A model generated the notes under the pieces. The model saw nothing but the letters and a program-made list of their open reading frames with translations. It searched no databases and was not told the DNA's origin. Positions 40,782-49,079 of a DNA stretch of 54,633 nucleotides are shown piece after piece. Position 1 is the first letter of the stretch, and every line of letters starts with the position of its first letter. A program made the translations under genes and the position numbers. The stretch is from a virus (lineage: Duplodnaviria > Caudoviricetes), in IMG/VR virus record IMGVR_UViG_3300046171_000030, positions 1-54,633 of that record, one strand, 5' to 3'.

Positions 40782-41005
40782 CGTCTTACTCCCATTACCC
40801 AATCCTCTGCGGTATCCTCTGCATATTGCTGCGAGCGTCCAAGCAGATTAAGTTCCTCTACGATAGCACCATCCTGTATTAGCACAATGGTGTAGCTGCC
40901 ATCAGGTTCCTTGAACACACACGACTTGCGGTATGATATGTCACCACGGCTGCAATCTTCATCACTGTAAAACTCATGCAACAGCATCTTCATTCTCCTC
41001 TGCAT
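40778..41005 (-). CDS. Hypothetical early protein
   Basis: ORF ending YAEDTAEDWVMG; GAGGAG RBS. Confidence 0.55.
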   Translation of the reverse strand: MQRRMKMLLHEFYSDEDCSRGDISYRKSCVFKEPDGSYTIVLIQDGAIVEELNLLGRSQQYAEDTAEDWVMGVRR

Positions 41006-41462
41006 ACTCAGCTATATATTCACTGATACCAAACTCAAGGTCAAGGTCAAGGTAATCTTCTACTACACTTTCCACATCGGTAGTAAACCAGTCATCATCA
41101 TCAGTGTACTCACCAATGTATCCCCAGCCTTCGTCAAGGTAACGTGCATTGATTTCAAAGCCCATGTCCACCAGCTTGTCAAAGACAGGAATAGGTGGCG
41201 ACCATGCAGTGTAGAAGTTTAGGTGTAGTGTGTTAGCATCAATGCGGGTACAGTGTGCTTCGTACACATCCCACTTTGTACCCCAATTCTCTAGCCGCCA
41301 CTCATACCAGCCTGATGTGGGTTCATTCTCATCATCACGAGGCTCTGGTATAAGATGATGACACAGTTCTGTGTTCTCTGTGTTCATCACATTGTAAATG
41401 TTATCAATCATCTGGCTGTCATCATGTGACAGGATTACTCTGTTATCTGTATGATTAGGCAT
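40974..41462 (-). CDS. DUF1281/YubB ferredoxin-like-fold protein
   Basis: MPN start, WYEWRLENWGTKWD, FYTAWSPP. Confidence 0.72.
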   Translation of the reverse strand: MPNHTDNRVILSHDDSQMIDNIYNVMNTENTELCHHLIPEPRDDENEPTSGWYEWRLENWGTKWDVYEAHCTRIDANTLHLNFYTAWSPPIPVFDKLVDMGFEINARYLDEGWGYIGEYTDDDDWFTTDVESVVEDYLDLDLEFGISEYIAEYAEENEDAVA

Positions 41463-41665
41463 TACAAATCTCCTTCATTATTTTGTTGAAAATGCGCTGC
41501 TAACTTTTTACAGTAAAAACTGTTAAAATTAGCTATGAAAACTAATTCGTTTCTGTCAACATCGTCATGAAATTCTACTGTGTACTCGTTTGTTAAAGCG
41601 TCATGTACAGTACTCCATTCTTTTGCTTGCTTTTGGAAAACCGCAATTAAATTGTCGTAATTCAT
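41462..41665 (-). CDS. Hypothetical protein
   Basis: 67 aa, coupled overlaps both ends. Confidence 0.5.
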   Translation of the reverse strand: MNYDNLIAVFQKQAKEWSTVHDALTNEYTVEFHDDVDRNELVFIANFNSFYCKKLAAHFQQNNEGDL

Positions 41666-41994
41666 GTGTCATTCTCCTCATCTTCTGTTTCTTCGTAAGG
41701 GTCTGTGTCTTTATCACCTTCAAACAACCACGGCTGAATGTACTCACTGTGTAGCCCTAGATTGTACAGGTTAGCGTCTGACCAATGGCTGTCATGTACA
41801 GGTCTTAATTCACCTACAGGATTATCAAAGATGCTCTCATGTGTCAAGACATCCCATTGATCGTACCCACTGGACACCATGACATCTCCAATGGCAAAGA
41901 CACTACCCATGCCAAGTTTACTATCCCTGACTTCTATTTCAAAGTCTTGCTCAACTACAAAACGTACTGTGATTTTCTTCTTAGCTGTTTCCAT
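41662..41994 (-). CDS. Hypothetical protein
   Basis: 110 aa, AAGGAG RBS. Confidence 0.55.
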   Translation of the reverse strand: METAKKKITVRFVVEQDFEIEVRDSKLGMGSVFAIGDVMVSSGYDQWDVLTHESIFDNPVGELRPVHDSHWSDANLYNLGLHSEYIQPWLFEGDKDTDPYEETEDEENDT

Positions 41995-42089
41995 GTTACT
42001 TCTCCTTTAATGCTGTTGTTACAAAATATACTAGTAACATTATGCCTGTCACAAGGTATGTCACAATGAACACATCCTCTGGAAGTATC

Positions 42090-42665
42090 TCAGGTATTTG
42101 ATTTTGCACACATAGCAGTGTGTTGCAGTTCGTTATCATGGTTCACCTTATCTGCACATTGTACTTGGTAATTGAATAGCTTGATTGCTTTGATCTTGTC
42201 AATCTTAAACCACTCACCTCTACGTTCTTCAGCAAAGTGTTCAAAGATTTTGTGCATCTCTTTCTCTTTCTTCGCTCTATTATCTGAGTAAACTACAGCC
42301 ACTACACTGTAATCACGAAAGGGTGATGATGTTTGGTAGCCTTCACATCTGTGGTACGCATCAATAGCCTTACCGACTTTTATCCAGTCATAGAAGTTTG
42401 GATTCCAGACAGCATACACATCACCTGCTTCTTCAGCATCATACAGGGCTTCTACTAGCTTGTGGATGTCATTGATCTTGGCGTTCTTAAACACTACACG
42501 ATCAACAGAACCACCTTGCTGTATGTACCCATCTAACGTGCGATATTGATTTTTGTAGTACACTAAGCCCTTGTCATTCATGTGATGTGGTACACCTACC
42601 TCACGCCAAGTGTAGCCATCATAGCGTTTGCCATCGGCACGAACATCACCTCTTATTGGTTTCAT
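42090..42665 (-). CDS. GIY-YIG (T5orf172-like) nuclease domain protein
   Basis: VYAV, WIKVGKA, YQTSSP, RRGEWF. Confidence 0.72.
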   Translation of the reverse strand: MKPIRGDVRADGKRYDGYTWREVGVPHHMNDKGLVYYKNQYRTLDGYIQQGGSVDRVVFKNAKINDIHKLVEALYDAEEAGDVYAVWNPNFYDWIKVGKAIDAYHRCEGYQTSSPFRDYSVVAVVYSDNRAKKEKEMHKIFEHFAEERRGEWFKIDKIKAIKLFNYQVQCADKVNHDNELQHTAMCAKSNT

Positions 42666-42779
42666 CGGTTCATCTCCTTTGAAAATGTAACGGCGTTACA
42701 AAAAATGAGTGACAGTGTTAGTTTGGCACTTTTGGTGGTCAGGTAGTTCTCACCTGCACTGTCACTCTGGTTACCCACC

Positions 42780-43025
42780 TTACTTAGCTTCGTGAATTAC
42801 AAAGTCATTGCCATTCTTAGATACTACACGATACAGGTTCCAGAATGGATTGCCGTAGTAGCGAATGTGCTTGCCATCATTTACCTGTAAGAACTTGCCA
42901 CTGGCTGATGCACCTACATAGTATTTGCCCATGCGATTGAATGAGCGAACATTCTGGCGATCAATGGTTGGCTTTGTACCTGTCAGGGCGTTGAGGATAT
43001 TGATAGCTTTTACTTTTACAAACAT
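42780..43025 (-). CDS. Hypothetical protein
   Basis: 81 aa, AAGGAG RBS. Confidence 0.6.
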   Translation of the reverse strand: MFVKVKAINILNALTGTKPTIDRQNVRSFNRMGKYYVGASASGKFLQVNDGKHIRYYGNPFWNLYRVVSKNGNDFVIHEAK

Positions 43026-43062
43026 GATTACATCTCCTTTGTACTGATTAAGTTGGTTAAGG

Positions 43063-43090
43063 TGAGTAGTTTTATGCCATACTCAGGGCA
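43063..43090 (-). promoter_or_regulatory. Candidate H-type RNA pseudoknot in 5' leader
   Basis: UGCC-C-UGAGUA-U-GGCA-UAAAAC-UACUCA. Confidence 0.5.
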
Positions 43091-43189
43091 GTAAGTCAAG
43101 AGGCTTGAGCCATGCGCTTGGCAAACCTAGCTGCCTTACGCTGAGTGGTCTTGCTCTTGTTGTGGCTACGCCAATGGTCACGCTTGCCA

Positions 43190-43357
43190 TCAGCCTTTGG
43201 GGTCTTCAAGTTCTTCATCTTTTCGATTTTGATTTGCAAGGTCTTTCTCCTTTTTTCTGTTGTATTTAGTTTTGTCAGGCACTACTTGTGACCTACGCCT
43301 GTTGGTCTGAAGCATTGCCCTCGCTATAGGATTTACACTATTAGGTTTTATTCTCAT
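43190..43357 (-). CDS. Small basic protein
   Basis: NPIARAM...VVPDKTKYNRKK. Confidence 0.55.
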   Translation of the reverse strand: MRIKPNSVNPIARAMLQTNRRRSQVVPDKTKYNRKKEKDLANQNRKDEELEDPKG

Positions 43358-43368
43358 TGTCAAGCCCT

Positions 43369-43596
43369 CTATGCAAACTCCAATGCCCATGATGAAAGGT
43401 ATTCAGCATGACGCATAGCCTCATCACGAGTGTTGTGGGATGATACATGAGATTTACCATTGGTATAATCAATGTCCAATGTCCAGCACCCAATGTCCTT
43501 GACCACCGTGACATGGTTTGTGCCAAGAGAATTGACACCACGCCACACGTTCTTTGTGCCTGCCAATAATTGCCAATGTGATACAAAATGTTTCAT
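43369..43596 (-). CDS. Hypothetical protein
   Basis: 75 aa, GGAG RBS. Confidence 0.5.
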   Translation of the reverse strand: MKHFVSHWQLLAGTKNVWRGVNSLGTNHVTVVKDIGCWTLDIDYTNGKSHVSSHNTRDEAMRHAEYLSSWALEFA

Positions 43597-43597
43597 C

Positions 43598-43816
43598 TTA
43601 TTTCTCCATCTGTTTGATTATATACTTAGCACGATTGATGTACTGCCTAGCAGTTTCGCCATCACCCAATGCGATACGTTCTTGTGCATCAGATAATACA
43701 GACATCGCCAGCCTTGTCAAGCCACCCATCAAAGGCTCTTGCCAATCGGTAATCAATTCATCTATCCACTCTTGTGGACACCCATACATAGTGTCATTCA
43801 TATCATTACCCCTCAT
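43598..43816 (-). CDS. Hypothetical protein
   Basis: MYGC...AMSVLSDAQE...ARQYINRAKY. Confidence 0.6.
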   Translation of the reverse strand: MRGNDMNDTMYGCPQEWIDELITDWQEPLMGGLTRLAMSVLSDAQERIALGDGETARQYINRAKYIIKQMEK

Positions 43817-43982
43817 CTGCCATTGTCAATATGAAACCAGTTAGACCACACGCCGATAGCGCAAGGCACATAATTGATGCGACCATGTGTTCTGAGTGTA
43901 GCAGTATAAACGACACAAAGAAAAACAGTAGGCACATACCTAGTCCAATAGTCATTAGAACTAATCTGTCAAACATTTTCAT
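43806..43982 (-). CDS. Small two-helix membrane protein missing from ORF track (58 aa)
   Basis: AAGGAG RBS; two hydrophobic stretches. Confidence 0.6.
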   Translation of the reverse strand: MKMFDRLVLMTIGLGMCLLFFFVSFILLHSEHMVASIMCLALSACGLTGFILTMADEG

Positions 43983-44009
43983 TCTCCTTTTTTGTAACGG
44001 CGTTACATT

Positions 44010-44882
44010 TTAGCAATCATACACAAAGCCTGATGTGTCTTGCCATGCAGTCTTACCTTTAGGCAACAGCCCAACGAATACACTTTGCGGATCACTAGGC
44101 CGATAGTCATGTGCATCACCATTGATAACACGCTTGCCCATAAACTGCTTGGGCAAAACCTTGTCAGCATTACGCAATACGACAGCCACATTCCAACCCT
44201 TCATAAACGCTGTTTCGATAAACAAACCATTAGATTCATTCAGCGAGAATGTCAAGCTGTAGTTTGGTATATGTGACACATCACGCCGAATGTTTTTGGT
44301 GTAGTCATAGAACACCACATCAGGAAAGGCACTGAACATCTCAGGAAACAGCTTTTCCCACATAACATCCTGCACCACATTAGGCCGCACAGAACATGTC
44401 ACACCCAGCCTGTCAGCTTTGCGCTTGTGCAAACCTATCTCGTGCAACAACCTAGCCTTGAATTGGTCACGGTATTCCATCCACAACAGCATACGAGTGA
44501 CACGAGCAATGTGGACATGATGACTGCCATCAATGACCATGTGCTTTTGCCCATGCCCACTGTAGGTAAGACACGCCAAGCCACAACCTATAGACGCATC
44601 ATTGCAGCCATTGTAGCCAGATGCCCATGATGCAGCCATTGCAATGCCAGCAGTAAGCACATCCTCTTTGTCGGACTTGACCAGCTTGGGATTGCGAGTG
44701 AGTAGGTCAGGTAGCCTAGACCAGTCAAACGTATCATCAGGCCGCAAAGCATTGGCTATTTTGGCTCGTGCTGCCCCACGACAGGCAATGATGAGTGGGT
44801 CATTGTCGTAATGCTCTCGCAATGTCTGGTTAGCCTTACGCATATAGTCACGATAGTTTTTAAGAGTGATATTCATAGTCAT
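44010..44882 (-). CDS. GP88-family (radical-SAM-like) protein
   Basis: CNDASIGCGLACL, RPNVVQD, FYDYTK, VINGDAHDYR. Confidence 0.7.
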   Translation of the reverse strand: MTMNITLKNYRDYMRKANQTLREHYDNDPLIIACRGAARAKIANALRPDDTFDWSRLPDLLTRNPKLVKSDKEDVLTAGIAMAASWASGYNGCNDASIGCGLACLTYSGHGQKHMVIDGSHHVHIARVTRMLLWMEYRDQFKARLLHEIGLHKRKADRLGVTCSVRPNVVQDVMWEKLFPEMFSAFPDVVFYDYTKNIRRDVSHIPNYSLTFSLNESNGLFIETAFMKGWNVAVVLRNADKVLPKQFMGKRVINGDAHDYRPSDPQSVFVGLLPKGKTAWQDTSGFVYDC

Positions 44883-44908
44883 TCTCCATTTTGTAACGCC
44901 GTTACATT

Positions 44909-45091
44909 TTACAGTTTGATTTTACCTTCATCCGTAATCAATACAGATTGAACACATACGCTATACCCCAGATCACGCAATTCTTGTGCGGTTTCTGTTG
45001 CCACATGCAAAGAGTGCGTAGCTAACTGGCATCCCCAATTATCCATTGCTTTTGGGTGGGCATAGTTTACGATGAACAATTCATTTTCCAT
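44909..45091 (-). CDS. Hypothetical early protein
   Basis: 60 aa, exactly bounded by two palindromes. Confidence 0.5.
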   Translation of the reverse strand: MENELFIVNYAHPKAMDNWGCQLATHSLHVATETAQELRDLGYSVCVQSVLITDEGKIKL

Positions 45092-45147
45092 TTTGTAACC
45101 TCGTTACATTTTGTTGTTAGACACTGGTCAAACCCTGACCATACTTA

Positions 45148-45176
45148 AAATTAGCACAAACCTAGTCCTGTGTCAA
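45148..45176 (-). promoter_or_regulatory. Early promoter
   Basis: TTGACA-N17-TAATTT with extended TG. Confidence 0.6.
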
Positions 45177-45404
45177 TGCAGCCAGCCTAGCCTGTTGCTT
45201 TGCAATAATATATTTACGCCTCTGCAATTCCTCCATCCACTGGTTTTCCAGATAAGTTTTCATTGCGCTATCCGCTTGACCTGTACGCAATACAGGATAA
45301 AGCCACTCTTGCCGGAAGCGTTCTTGATTAGGCATATCAACCCAGCTTGAACGTACATCCTTGCCCACTACAACAGGCCGATCATTTTCCCATGCTATCT
45401 TCAT
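45162..45404 (-). CDS. Hypothetical early protein
   Basis: 80 aa downstream of promoter and palindrome. Confidence 0.55.
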   Translation of the reverse strand: MKIAWENDRPVVVGKDVRSSWVDMPNQERFRQEWLYPVLRTGQADSAMKTYLENQWMEELQRRKYIIAKQQARLAALTQD

Positions 45405-45478
45405 TTTGTTTGCACCCCATAATTTGTAACGCCGTTACATTTTGTTGTTAGAAATCAGCCACATCTCGACTGTTATTA

Positions 45479-45507
45479 ATAGTAGCACAAACCCCATGTG
45501 GTGTCAA
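45479..45507 (-). promoter_or_regulatory. Early promoter
   Basis: TTGACA-N17-TACTAT with extended TG; shares GGTTTGTGCTA with the 45148 promoter. Confidence 0.7.
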
Positions 45508-45588
45508 TATAGCCAACCCCCCAACCCCACAACCCTACCAGCCGACCCCATGATATGACCGTAGGTATGATGGGCAGAAAATTGGCAC

Positions 45589-45618
45589 AAAAAAATACCC
45601 CGCTGTGAAGCGAGGCAT
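45589..45618 (-). terminator. Rho-independent terminator
   Basis: Minus strand ATGCCTCGCT-TCAC-AGCGGGGTAT-TTTTTT. Confidence 0.75.
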
Positions 45619-45641
45619 CGTTGAGATATTTTGTAACGCCG

Positions 45642-45788
45642 TTACATTTTTTGATATTGATCGTTAAAATCACGGTGCAAAACAATATGCAAATATAAAA
45701 GATAATGATCAGCACGATCAGCAATTGGTAAAGAATTATATAATGCGACTCTTTCAGCTAGCGTCATTGTATCAATATTGTATGTCAT
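45642..45788 (-). CDS. Small early protein (48 aa, MTYNIDT...)
   Basis: GAGG RBS; lies between two terminators. Confidence 0.45.
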   Translation of the reverse strand: MTYNIDTMTLAERVALYNSLPIADRADHYLLYLHIVLHRDFNDQYQKM

Positions 45789-45803
45789 GGGATTGCCTCT
45801 CAT

Positions 45804-45837
45804 AAAAAGAGATAGGCCAGCAATGAGCCAGCCTATC
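45804..45837 (-). terminator. Rho-independent terminator
   Basis: Minus strand GATAGGCTGGC-TCATT-GCTGGCCTATC-TCTTTTT. Confidence 0.65.
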
Positions 45838-45850
45838 AATGGGGTTTCAA

Positions 45851-46498
45851 TTATGCTGCAAGGGATTTTAGTTTTGGTAATTCTGGCTTGGCATTGCGCT
45901 TGGCGTTTGTCAATCCTGCTTCGATTGCTTCATTATTGCCTTTTTCAATCCATTTCCAAAATGCTTTTGGATTGCCAGCAAATGCCGATTTAATGAAATC
46001 AGCGTATTGATCAGCAATTGATTTTTCATTTGGCGTATCGAGTAAGGCACCATCATTGCCGGTTTCACTTTCACCGGCATCACTTGCGCTTTCAGTTTTT
46101 GCGCTGGTGGTTTTAAAATGATCAGCGGCAAATTGACGAACACTGGTTATCTCTTTTACATGGTTTTTAATCAATGCTTTAAAATCAGTATCGGATAAAA
46201 CGTGCAGATCATTCTTTGCACATTTACGCATACCGCCTAGTTCCATTGCGAGTGATCTTTCTTGTTTAGCGTCATTATCAAAAAAGACACCTAAACCACC
46301 CTTTGTCATTGCGGCATAAAAAGCTTTGCCTTTGTCTTTTTCGGTGTCTGCTTTTGCCTTTTCTGCTTTTGCCATAACGGCAATCGTTGCCTTTAATGCT
46401 AGCGGATTTGCCCGCATTTTATCGTTAAAATCATTAGCGTTATCTTTTACTGATTGAAAGATTGTTGCAGCTATTTGGATTTGCTTTGAAATGGTCAT
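45851..46498 (-). CDS. First early gene, K/A-rich hypothetical protein
   Basis: ATG 46498 after AAGGA; own promoter and terminator. Confidence 0.65.
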   Translation of the reverse strand: MTISKQIQIAATIFQSVKDNANDFNDKMRANPLALKATIAVMAKAEKAKADTEKDKGKAFYAAMTKGGLGVFFDNDAKQERSLAMELGGMRKCAKNDLHVLSDTDFKALIKNHVKEITSVRQFAADHFKTTSAKTESASDAGESETGNDGALLDTPNEKSIADQYADFIKSAFAGNPKAFWKWIEKGNNEAIEAGLTNAKRNAKPELPKLKSLAA

Positions 46499-46565
46499 TG
46501 GTTTTTCCTTTGTCTGATCGGGCAAATGGCCGCCCGTTGGCCTTCGATCTTTTTGATCTATATAG

Positions 46566-46594
46566 ATTATCAGCTATTTTTCAGATAAACGCAA
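46566..46594 (-). promoter_or_regulatory. Early promoter for first gene
   Basis: TTGCGT-N17-GATAAT. Confidence 0.5.
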
Positions 46595-47080
46595 GCGGTA
46601 TCATGCATTTTATTTGATCTAATTTCATTTTGTAACGCCGTTACATTTTGCAGCATATGACCATTGATTTATGGGGGTGGTATATTTTGCCATTATATGC
46701 ACCCGTTATGCCTTGCCCGATACGCTAGCAAAAACCTTGCCAGCAATCACCAACGTGCAAACGGCAATGGATAGCATATCAATTGACGGCTTATAGCTAT
46801 GATCAGCGGTTTTGTTGGCATTATGGGCTGAAACATTAGTGTTTTTGCGGGTGTTTTAGCGTGTTAGCACACAAAATCGGTCATAGGTAGCCCCTCCGGG
46901 CGTGGCCACACGGGGGGTATACGTAGTATATATACACAGAAATACACAGATTAGGAAAATTAAGTGTTAACCACAGAGGCAATTGACATCCATATACAAC
47001 CAAGTACACACATATATGCCTAAAAAATAGGCAACTATAGGGGGTGTACGGACCATTTAAATGTTTTTACAAAAAAGATG

Positions 47081-47119
47081 TTGACAGGGGTTGACATAAT
47101 TTGCTATAATTGGTATAAC
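47081..47119 (+). promoter_or_regulatory. Tandem overlapping sigma70-like promoters
   Basis: TTGACA(47081)-N18-TATAAT and TTGACA(47091)-N17-TATAAC. Confidence 0.75.
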
Positions 47120-47276
47120 TACACTACACTATAAGTGATACACTAAAGTGCCTCTTAAATAAGATTGTTAATAACACCTAAATGCTTCACTTAAGTGTAC
47201 ACTAAAATAATCCCTAAATATTCTTTGTTAATAACACTTAAGTGTAACACTATAGTGTACAGCATAGTGTAGTTAT
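47115..47276. repeat. AT-rich cluster of CACT-W2/3-AGTG palindromes bounded by 12-bp inverted repeat
   Basis: Copies at 47127, 47141, 47188, 47235, 47248; ATAACTACACTA/TAGTGTAGTTAT ends; TTGTTAATAACAC twice. Confidence 0.8.
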
Positions 47277-47299
47277 TTGTGCTTTTATAAAGAAAGTTC

Positions 47300-47521
47300 T
47301 TGACATTGGCAAAGAAATCCGTAAAACTATATACAGATAATGTACTTGATGCATTTTACGATGCTATCCGTACTAATTCATTAGACCGTCTTCATATTCC
47401 TCACAGTGACGTATTCTACGTGCGCAGTGCATTGGAGGCTAAGTTTGCCCCACGTACCTTTACACTAAAAGAAACAGAAGACTACATGCGTTTAGAAGGG
47501 TGGAGTGAAGGAAATGAGTGA
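47300..47521 (+). CDS. Hypothetical protein
   Basis: 73 aa, IPHSDVFYVR; start uncertain. Confidence 0.6.
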   Translation: MTLAKKSVKLYTDNVLDAFYDAIRTNSLDRLHIPHSDVFYVRSALEAKFAPRTFTLKETEDYMRLEGWSEGNE

Positions 47522-47736
47522 TGGAACTTTATACCTTTTTTGTGTTCTTATCCGTGATCGTAATGCCGGATGGGGAACTAAAGTCTTACGCACGTAATGT
47601 AATTGAGTGTCCTGCTGCAGATGTAGTGACACAGATGCATCAATCTAAACTGGACAGTGGAGAGATTGTAGACTGGTCAGCTACGTGCCTGACAACACAA
47701 TTACCATTAACGATACCACAAGGACTGAAGACGTAA
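47518..47736 (+). CDS. Small exported/membrane protein
   Basis: Hydrophobic N-terminus, two Cys. Confidence 0.55.
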   Translation: MMELYTFFVFLSVIVMPDGELKSYARNVIECPAADVVTQMHQSKLDSGEIVDWSATCLTTQLPLTIPQGLKT

Positions 47737-47737
47737 C

Positions 47738-48031
47738 ATGGCTATACCTACACGAGTAGCAAATAAGATGAAAGAGGAAGGCTTGTCTGGCGTTAACAAG
47801 CCGAAGCGTACTCCGAAGCATCCAACTAAGTCACACTGCGTAATGGCTAAAGAAGGTGACACATATAAATTCATTCGCTTTGGACAGCAAGGCGTTAGTG
47901 GTGCTGGTAAGAATCCTAAGACTGCAAAGGATAAGGCACGTAAGAAATCATACTACGCACGTCACGATGCGCAGGGTAAGCCGACCAGCAAGCTGTCAGC
48001 GAAGTATTGGTCACACAAAGTTAAATGGTAA
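47738..48031 (+). CDS. Basic protein (IRFGQQG...YYARH...SAKYWS; DUF5754-like)
   Basis: Motif pattern recalled from phage/giant-virus small basic proteins. Confidence 0.55.
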   Translation: MAIPTRVANKMKEEGLSGVNKPKRTPKHPTKSHCVMAKEGDTYKFIRFGQQGVSGAGKNPKTAKDKARKKSYYARHDAQGKPTSKLSAKYWSHKVKW

Positions 48032-48045
48032 TTTAGGAGATACCG

Positions 48046-48708
48046 ATGGCACCTAGAGATAAAGAAAATGAAATGATTGAAGAGTTGCGTAGGCGTATTC
48101 GTAGAGCCGCAGCTAACAAAAAACCGGGCAAGCAGAACACACCTTCGATGCTAGAGGAAATGGGCGGTCGCTCTAAAATAGGACGTGCTAAAATTAAAGA
48201 TGCTTTAAAGGGTTCAGCAAAGCAATCTAAACCGTCTATGATGGGCGGTAAAATGACTGTAGCTGAGATGGAAGCCAAACTTAAAAAGAAAGCTGCAGAG
48301 AACAAAGAACTTGCAGCAACTCGCGCACGTGCTAAGAAAGCTGCTGCAAATAAAAAACCTACTACGCAAGTAAAGCCATCTATTATGAAAGAAATTGAAT
48401 CTAAAACAGGTAAGGCCACAGGTCAAGGTGTATTTGCATCTTCTGCAAAAAAGAAGAAGGAGCCAGCTAAAAAAACAACAACAGCAAAGAAGGCACCTGC
48501 GCCAAAAAAAGCACCACCTGCAGCTAAAAAAGATACTAGTACGACTTTTAAAGAGGCATTTGCTGCAGCACGTAAGGCAAATAAAAAAGAGTTTACGTGG
48601 AAAGGCAAGAAGTATGCCGCAGTAACTAAAACTGAAGTTAAGAAGTCTGGCTCTAAAAGTCTTAGAGAATATCTCAACAAAAAATCTGGTAAAGCTAAAG
48701 GGAAATAA
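48046..48708 (+). CDS. Histone H1-like K/A/P-rich basic protein
   Basis: AKKAPAPKKAPPAAKK; FKEAFAAARK..KKEFTWKGKKY domain. Confidence 0.65.
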   Translation: MAPRDKENEMIEELRRRIRRAAANKKPGKQNTPSMLEEMGGRSKIGRAKIKDALKGSAKQSKPSMMGGKMTVAEMEAKLKKKAAENKELAATRARAKKAAANKKPTTQVKPSIMKEIESKTGKATGQGVFASSAKKKKEPAKKTTTAKKAPAPKKAPPAAKKDTSTTFKEAFAAARKANKKEFTWKGKKYAAVTKTEVKKSGSKSLREYLNKKSGKAKGK

Positions 48709-48712
48709 AACA

Positions 48713-49078
48713 ATGTCTGGTAAGAAGAAAATTGTTCGTGACTATTCGGAGATGGATACTGCCGATCTAAAGAAAATGATTCAGAAAGATAGCGGTGCTT
48801 CTAAGCAATCTGCTAAAGCGGCATTTAAAGAGTTAGAGAAGCGTGAAGGCGATATGGGCTACAGCGTAACTTTAATTCTTGGTGGACGTAAACGTGAGCC
48901 TGACACAATGGATTTACCTAAGTCAAAGCCTAAGAAAAAGCCAGCAATGGCTAGAGGTGGTATGGCATACGGCAAAGAGCATATGTATGTCGCAGGTGGT
49001 TCAGTACAAATGAATCCGGGCCTGAAGGCATTGAAAGCTGCTAGCCCAGAAGCTTACAACAAGATCACGGGTAAGTAA
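48713..49078 (+). CDS. Basic protein with MARGG and YVAGG motifs
   Basis: 121 aa; NPGLKALK C-terminus. Confidence 0.6.
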   Translation: MSGKKKIVRDYSEMDTADLKKMIQKDSGASKQSAKAAFKELEKREGDMGYSVTLILGGRKREPDTMDLPKSKPKKKPAMARGGMAYGKEHMYVAGGSVQMNPGLKALKAASPEAYNKITGK

Positions 49079-49079
49079 G

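Larger units (their letters stand above)
42686..46645. repeat. Seven dispersed TGTAAC-N3-GTTACA palindromes
   Basis: At 42686, 43993, 44892, 45094, 45425, 45632, 46631; all at gene boundaries. Confidence 0.92.

Noticed and set aside
42034-42066. Pho box (TGTCACAA direct repeats)
   Set aside because: Period is 12 bp rather than 11 and no phosphate-related gene follows
42708-42767. Hammerhead ribozyme
   Set aside because: CUGACCA and CAAAC do not match CUGANGA and GAAA core
45476-45724. 82-aa hydrophobic ORF
   Set aside because: Runs across a terminator, palindrome and promoter; ORF 45642-45788 fits better
42686-46645. CRISPR array from the palindromic repeats
   Set aside because: Repeats are only 15-22 bp, spaced 200-1300 bp apart by genes; no cas operon
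46500-47300. tRNA gene or tRNA-derived attP
   Set aside because: No cloverleaf or T-loop consensus found by eye in this or other intergenic regions
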